From positions 52,059,819 to 52,123,818 of the forward strand of contig NC_068996.1 of assembly GCF_001194135.2 (NCBI RefSeq): a stretch of 64,000 nt of DNA. The letters are read 5' to 3'. The notes beneath the pieces are model-generated. The model made no database searches, was not told the DNA's origin, and worked only from the letters and a program-made list of their open reading frames with translations. Positions within the stretch are counted from its first letter, which is position 1; each line of letters begins with the position of its first letter. This document shows, in pieces, positions 57,723-64,000 of this stretch. The stretch comes from Octopus bimaculoides. Lineage: Eukaryota. The translations under genes were made by a program, and so were the position numbers.

Positions 57723-58987
57723 GTGTGTGTGGTGTGTGTGTGTGTGTGTGTATAATATAAATACATACACGCATGCATAAAATCAGCAAAAACATACCTA
57801 GTAGTTGATGTAACCTCTGACCATAATCCAATTATCGTTAGCTTTAAAATCAAAGTCAATACCAAAAATGACATCACCAAGGGGGGAAAAAAGTAAACCT
57901 CAATCTATTTCAAAAGAAAGATTACAGAAAGAAATACAATGTTGTTAGAAATACCTATGATAAACCAGGCCAAGAAGAATTTCTGTATAAACCTAATAAT
58001 GAAGACAATATTATGGAAATATCACACAAACAGTGGAATATTTTTTTAAAAAATCAATCTGTTCAGCAACAACAATAATACTTCCTCAAAGTCAAAGAAA
58101 TAAAAAGAAGAAATGGATAACCAATGAGACCTTAACAAAGGTGGAAAAAGGCAGGAAGTGGCAGGACAAAATCCTGGAAAACAGGACAGACTGAACAAAG
58201 AGATCAACTTAGAATGCAGAAAAATCAAAGCTAGCAGAACGATGTAAAGAAATAGAAGATCTTGAAGAACAGCACAAATCAAGCAGATGTATGATAAAGT
58301 AAAAAAAAATAATAACCAACAGTAAACATATAAAAAGAGAAAGTGGATATATCAATTATAAAACTAGAAATATCTTATTTGATGAGGAACAAATAACAGC
58401 AAAATGAGCTGAACAGATCTCAGATTTTTATGATGGTGACAAACCATCAATTTCTGATTTGAAGTTACAACCAGAAATAATATTTTACAGGAAGAAATAG
58501 AAGAGACAATAAAATTAATGAAGAATAGGAAGGCGACAGGACCAGATGAAATTACCAGCAGAGAGTCTAAAAGCCCTAGATGACCAGAACAAAAACACAT
58601 TAACAAAGTTGTGCAACATCATAAATAATACCGAACACATACCTACTGAAACAAAAAAAAATCAACATTTGTTTTACCTCCCAAATAACAAAGGCCCAAG
58701 ATTACTCAGATTATAAAACAATAAGCCTAATGACTCATGAAACAGAATCCCTCCTAAAGGTTCTTTAACAATGAATTACCAAAAGAATTGACAGAGAAAT
58801 AAGTAGATTACATAATGGGTTTAGACCTAATATGGGAACAAGAGAGGGAATATTCAACCTTAAAACCATCCGTGAAAAGGTACATAGATGTCATTAAAGG
58901 TATTAGATATATACATGCATATATGTGTGTGTGTGTGTATATGCATATATGTGTATGTATATATATATGTATGCACACACACACACA

Positions 58988-59046
<59 letters not shown>

Positions 59047-59063
59047 TTAAAATTATAATACAG

Positions 59064-59194
59064 GGTATCAAGAGATACCACCACGCTGAAAAAATAGCAG
59101 TCAAATCCTGACTCTAAAACCACGGACATTTATTGTGGTTTTAGAGTCAGGATTTGACTGCTATTTTTTCAGTGTGGTGGTATCTCTTGATACC
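59064..59194. repeat. Near-perfect 60-bp inverted repeat with an 11-nt loop (hairpin MITE-like)
   Basis: 59064-59123 versus 59135-59194, one mismatch; preceded by TACAG; right end runs into an N gap. Confidence 0.9.
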
Positions 59195-59777
59195 NNNNNN
59201 NNNNNNNNNNNNNNNNNNNNNNNNNNNNNNNNNNNNNNNNNNNNNNNNNNNNNNNNNNNNNNNNNNNNNNNNNNNNNNNNNNNNNNNNNNNNNNNNNNNN
59301 NNNNNNNNNNNNNNNNNNNNNNNNNNNNNNNNNNNNNNNNNNNNNNNNNNNNNNNNNNNNNNNNNNNNNNNNNNNNNNNNNNNNNNNNNNNNNNNNNNNN
59401 NNNNNNNNNNNNNNNNNNNNNNNNNNNNNNNNNNNNNNNNNNNNNNNNNNNNNNNNNNNNNNNNNNNNNNNNNNNNNNNNNNNNNNNNNNNNNNNNNNNN
59501 NNNNNNNNNNNNNNNNNNNNNNNNNNNNNNNNNNNNNNNNNNNNNNNNNNNNNNNNNNNNNNNNNNNNNNNNNNNNNNNNNNNNNNNNNNNNNNNNNNNN
59601 NNNNNNNNNNNNNNNNNNNNNNNNNNNNNNNNNNNNNNNNNNNNNNNNNNNNNNNNNNNNNNNNNNNNNNNNNNNNNNNNNNNNNNNNNNNNNNNNNNNN
59701 NNNNNNNNNNNNNNNNNNNNNNNNNNNNNNNNNNNNNNNNNNNNNNNNNNNNGTGGTGGTGGTGGTGGTGGCGGTGG

Positions 59778-59814
<37 letters not shown>

Positions 59815-60127
59815 ATGTTTTATAGATTCCACCAAGGATTTTGATGGGTGAAATACTCAAAAATGATATAAAGGCTATATGGAATTGAAATCAATGGCAA
59901 AAACTTACTGATTATAATAAAAATCTTTTGGAAGTAAACAGTAGAACTAAGAATAATGGAGTTACATCAGAGTTCAAAATAAAGAGTGAGACAAGGATGT
60001 GTTATATCTTCCAGTCTCTTTAACCTATACAATAAAAATTATTCCAAGAAGTTAAAGACAAGTCGGGAATTATTGTTGGCAGATTTAATCTCAACAACAA
60101 CCAAAAAGCTGATGGTACTGCAGTATT

Positions 60128-60665
60128 AACATCATCATCATTTAGAGTCCATTTTCCATGCTGGCATGGGTAAGATGGTTTGACTGGAACTGGTAAGCTG
60201 GAGAGCTGCACCAGGCTCCAGTCTGTTTTGGTATAATTTCTATGGCTGGATGCCCTTCCTAACACCAATCACTCTAAGTATGTAGTGAGTGCCTTTTATG
60301 TGTGTGGTGTTATGGGCTGTAACGAGCTATGTGTTGTGGTGGAGAGGGGTGAGGCAAACAGAGGTGAAGCCAGACTGGAAGGGCCAAACCGGAAGGGCCA
60401 AACCGGAAGGGCCAAACCGGAAGGGTCAGATCGGAAGTCGGCGACACGCGGTCGAAGGCTAGCATGTGGGGCCAGTGAGAAAACAGCGACGTTACGAGAA
60501 AGACGTGTTCTGATTAGGAGCGATCGTGTACCTCGCTGCGGTCGGCAAGGTAAGGTCCAACGCTTCATTCTGTCCTTTTGCTTCTTGTTGTCTTCTTCCT
60601 CCATCGCACCACAATGTGTAACTGGCACTGGCTACAACAATGATTTCACTTGGCTTGACATATCT
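60128..60665 (-). mobile_element. RTE 3' tail fragment split by the solo LTR
   Basis: (CAT)n-TTAGAGTCCATTTTCCATGCTGGCATGG...GTGCCTTTTATGTG | TAACTGGCACTGG...GCTTGACA. Confidence 0.7.
60303..60613 (+). mobile_element. Solo LTR (311 bp)
   Basis: TGTGGTG...CACCACA termini; 5-bp target duplication ATGTG (60298-60302 and 60614-60618); CpG-rich. Orientation is not established. Confidence 0.8.
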
Positions 60666-61289
60666 TAGTGCAATTGGCCAATACAATCAGTGAAATGGGA
60701 AAACCAAATAGAAAGGAAATAAACAAAATAAAAACTATGGCAGACAACAAGGAACAAACATCTCTTAATACCTTTATTCTTTTATTTGTTTCAGTCATTT
60801 GACTGCGGCCATGCTGGAGCACTGCCTTGAATTGAGCAAATCGACTCCAGGACTTATTCTATCATTCTCTCTTGCCAAACCGCTAAGTGACTTGGTTTTA
60901 TTGAATCTTAAAATGGTAAATGTGAAAATGAAATTAGATGAAGAATAGAAATTATGGGGAAAACATTTCTAAACAAGTCAAAAGCTTTAACATTAAGCAC
61001 CCACCCACTCACCCACTTCTTTTCAGTTTGTACCTTGCAGGACCACATGAACACCTCATCACCTTTATCTATCCCTTGCAGCTCTTACCGATCATTTGTT
61101 TCCTTTCTCTCTCCCCCACTTTCCCCTACAGATGTGGATGTTTCTACAAGAACCTGCTCTGCCCCACTGACCACCACCACTACCACCACTACCACCATCC
61201 TCATTGTAATCCCCTCATCCTCTAGCATGAAGGTGACCTCCATCTTCCCTAGGGCTTGTGGTCCTGCAAAGTGCATGGTGACATCAATA

Positions 61290-61497
61290 GTGCAGGTGGT
61301 AAGATAAACACACCCAGTCAATGTTGTAAACTGTTTGGTAGTAAGAAAGGCATCCAGCGATAGGAACCATGCCAGAGCAGAATAATTAGAGCTCAAAACA
61401 GTCCCTACACATATCAGTCCTATCAAAGCATCCAACCCATGCCAGCATGATACATGGACGTTAAATGATGATGATGATGATGATGATGATTGATGAT
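61290..61497 (+). mobile_element. RTE 3' tail
   Basis: AAGGCATCCAGC...CCAACCCATGCCAGCATG...GGACGTTAAATGATGATG. Confidence 0.7.
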
Positions 61498-62302
61498 GNN
61501 NNNNNNNNNNNNNNNNNNNNNNNNNNNNNNNNNNNNNNNNNNNNNNNNNNNNNNNNNNNNNNNNNNNNNNNNNNNNNNNNNNNNNNNNNNNNNNNNNNNN
61601 NNNNNNNNNNNNNNNNNNNNNNNNNNNNNNNNNNNNNNNNNNNNNNNNNNNNNNNNNNNNNNNNNNNNNNNNNNNGAGGGGCAGGAAGGAGGAGGGTGAG
61701 GAAGGAGGAGGAGGAGAAGAAGAAGAAGAAGGGGTGAGTAAATGTCATATATGGTCCATGCTAATATATGGTGCAGAAACAATGGACATTGTTGAAAACT
61801 GACAAACTGGAAACTCTTGAAGAATGTTAAGAATATCTTGGGCCAAAAAATGAAATCAAGAAACAAAAAAAAGGGTGTCACAACTAGCAAACTACAAAAA
61901 AGATCACTACTCTCAACACCACTGCCACACACACACACACACACACATAATTTTCTTTCAGCTGAGCCATTTACCGTTTACCTCCCTCTTTCCGCTGAGT
62001 CAGTGACAAAGTAGAACAAGCATGGACAAGAGTTTGTTGATCAAAACTGCCATTTACAATAGAAACTTTGGTATTTTCTTTCAATTTGTCACAGTTGTGT
62101 AATTACATAACAATTGAATAAAATCAGTAATGTGCATTGATTTTCCTTCCTAAATTCATTTCAATACATCCAGAAATTATTAACCTGCTACATGTAGCTT
62201 TCTCTAACATGTATCTTACATGATACACATCTCACTTGTTACATTTGTAATAGGTACCCATTAATTCGAGAAAGATTAAATAGTCTTAATTTATGTTATA
62301 CA

Positions 62303-62304
<2 letters not shown>

Positions 62305-62349
<45 letters not shown>

Positions 62350-62516
62350 TTGTCTGCCTGTCTATCTATCTATCTACCTGCCTGTCTGTTTATTTATTTA
62401 TCTTTCTGTCTGCCTACCTGCCTGCCTACCTGCCTGCCTACCTGCCTGTCTACCTGCCTGTCTGTCTGCCTGCCTGTCTATCTATCTATCTGCCTGCCTG
62501 TCTGTCTATCTATCTG
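62305..62516. repeat. (TATC)n/(CTGC)n/(CTAC)n compound microsatellite
   Basis: Directly visible. Confidence 0.9.
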
Positions 62517-62705
62517 CCTCATTCTATCGATATAACTCCAGTAAGCTGGAGCAATTGATAGATGAAATGGATGAAAATAGATACATGTATGGTTGAATTA
62601 TATGTAAATCTCTGAAGAGGCCTAGAGACTCATACATGTACCTCTATTTCATCCATTTCATCTATCAATTAATCCAGTTTACTGGAGTTATATAGATAGA
62701 ATGAG
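62517..62705. repeat. Imperfect foldback (about 75-bp arms)
   Basis: CCTCATTCTATCGATATAACTCCAGTAA...TACATGTATG versus CATACATGTA...TTACTGGAGTTATATAGATAGAATGAGG. Confidence 0.8.
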
Positions 62706-63691
62706 GGATGTCACCACTAGGCTGAAACAGCTGTAAGACATTGTCCCTTCTTCAGTCACTAGATGTCCTTTTTAATTTTTATTATTGATATGACATAATA
62801 TGTCATATGTGTTTGTATATTGTTTTTATTGTCCTGTCCTCTTAGTTGAAAAATAAACAGGTAAATTGACATAATACAATGTCTGCAAGTTGATGAGTAC
62901 CACATATTCCCCTCCATTTTCTTATTGCTATATAAATTAAGGGTAAAATTTCCTTTTACCCGCACCCATTTATTGCACTCGGTAAAAACTCTAGTGTAAT
63001 AGTAATTGGGTATCCTTCCGGCAGTATATTGGATAGATATTATTCCTTAGTGGGTTGGATTCACAACCCCTAACTTTCTTGGATTATATCTGTAATGATA
63101 ATATGTAGTAAATAAATGACAGAAGAAAATATTATCAGTTAAAATGGCCCTTTATTTTCATTGTACAGTGTAAGATACCACTTCAAGTTGTTGTTGTACA
63201 CAAATTACTTTTTAGTTCTACAGTTGTAGGCAGTTGAATTCATCTTTTGTTGACTGTTAGGAGAACAAATGACAAAAATGGGAAAGAGTAAAAGAATCTT
63301 CATATTTGTGTTGACCAATAGAAAAGAGGAAAGTTAAGTAACTCACCGCGTTAGAAGCCATAAGTGAAGGGAAAGAGGTGTTCTTCTAGCAAGGGGTTAA
63401 GTGAAAGAGGTAGAACTAAATTTGGGTTCTGTATTTATGTTTTTTCTAACTACATTAAGTCAGGCTAGACAAAGGATTTTCTATCTCTTATGTGCCTGAA
63501 CCCCATTTAACCTAAGAATGTTAACTTAAACAATAAAACTTATATAAGCAAAAGCTGATAACAAAGGGAAGGGAACTGGTAGAAAAATGTAGATTCAGTT
63601 TCAAATCCTGGCTTAGCATCTAAGAAGTTATCTGTTACACACACACATATATATATATATATTTGCAAGACAGTGTAGGAGAGAAAATAGT

Positions 63692-64000
63692 GATGTCGTA
63701 GGAGAGAAATGTGTTCGCATGGATGATGGTACGCTTGCACTAAATGAGGATGCAAAGAAAGAGGTCTGGAGATGCCACTACAATAGATTGCTTAATAAAG
63801 AGAATGAATGGGAGGAAGAGAGCCTGCCGTATGTCGACCCAATAGAGGGACCAGCTATCCGAGTTGATAGTACCAGGGTAGATAAAGCAATTAAGAGTAT
63901 GAAGACCGGGAAAGCCCCTGGCCCATCAGGAATCACTGCAGAGATGCTCAAAATATCTGGCAGTGTTGGCTATAGCCTAGTCACCCGTATTACGAACCAG
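63692..64000 (+). mobile_element. Young RTE LINE, 5'-truncated, open frame running off the window end
   Basis: 103 uninterrupted codons DVVGEKCVR...MKTGKAPGPSGITAEMLKISGSVGYSLVTRITNQ; near identical to the reverse complement of 42530-42637. Confidence 0.9.

Larger units (their letters stand above)
57860..61870 (+). mobile_element. Fragmented old RTE LINE of a different (BovB-like) lineage, interrupted by later insertions
   Basis: Colinear pieces: KKKWITNETL (58110), NRKATGPDEI (58525), YKTISLMTH (58715), MGTREGIFNL (58830), ICFIDSTKDFD (59812), VRQGCVIS..LFNLY and ADGTAVL (59990-60128), LIYGAETMD (61760). Confidence 0.7.

Noticed and set aside
62960-63361. Possible small minus-strand gene (ATGGCTTCTAACGCG|GTGAGT at 63361-63341, acceptor near 63090, AATAAA near 62970)
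   Set aside because: The spliced product stops after 6 codons and has no homology; it cannot be supported as coding, and a non-coding transcript needs RNA data.

Overview
AT-rich animal genomic DNA from a short-read assembly with many N gaps beside microsatellites. The repeat families (tRNA-derived SINEs, RTE LINEs with (GAT)n tails) suggest an octopus; this is an inference I cannot verify here. One intact protein-coding gene is present: a 7-exon Rab1 GTPase on the minus strand (CDS 36941->29417, 205 aa, all introns GT-AG), with CRE and CREB3/CrebA-type sites upstream. Most of the rest is mobile-element debris: RTE LINEs of several ages, at least four SINE families, mariner, Tc1, hAT, pogo-like and piggyBac-like DNA elements, a solo LTR, a Penelope GIY-YIG remnant and several foldback hairpins. 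The most interesting observation is a small element present twice (about 22149-22588 and 57120-57642). It joins a tRNA-like Pol III head, an (AAT)n spacer and a minimal Penelope-type hammerhead ribozyme motif, carries an inverted partial copy of its own 3' end, and is flanked by target-site-like direct repeats. It is a candidate hammerhead-bearing, Penelope-mobilised SINE.
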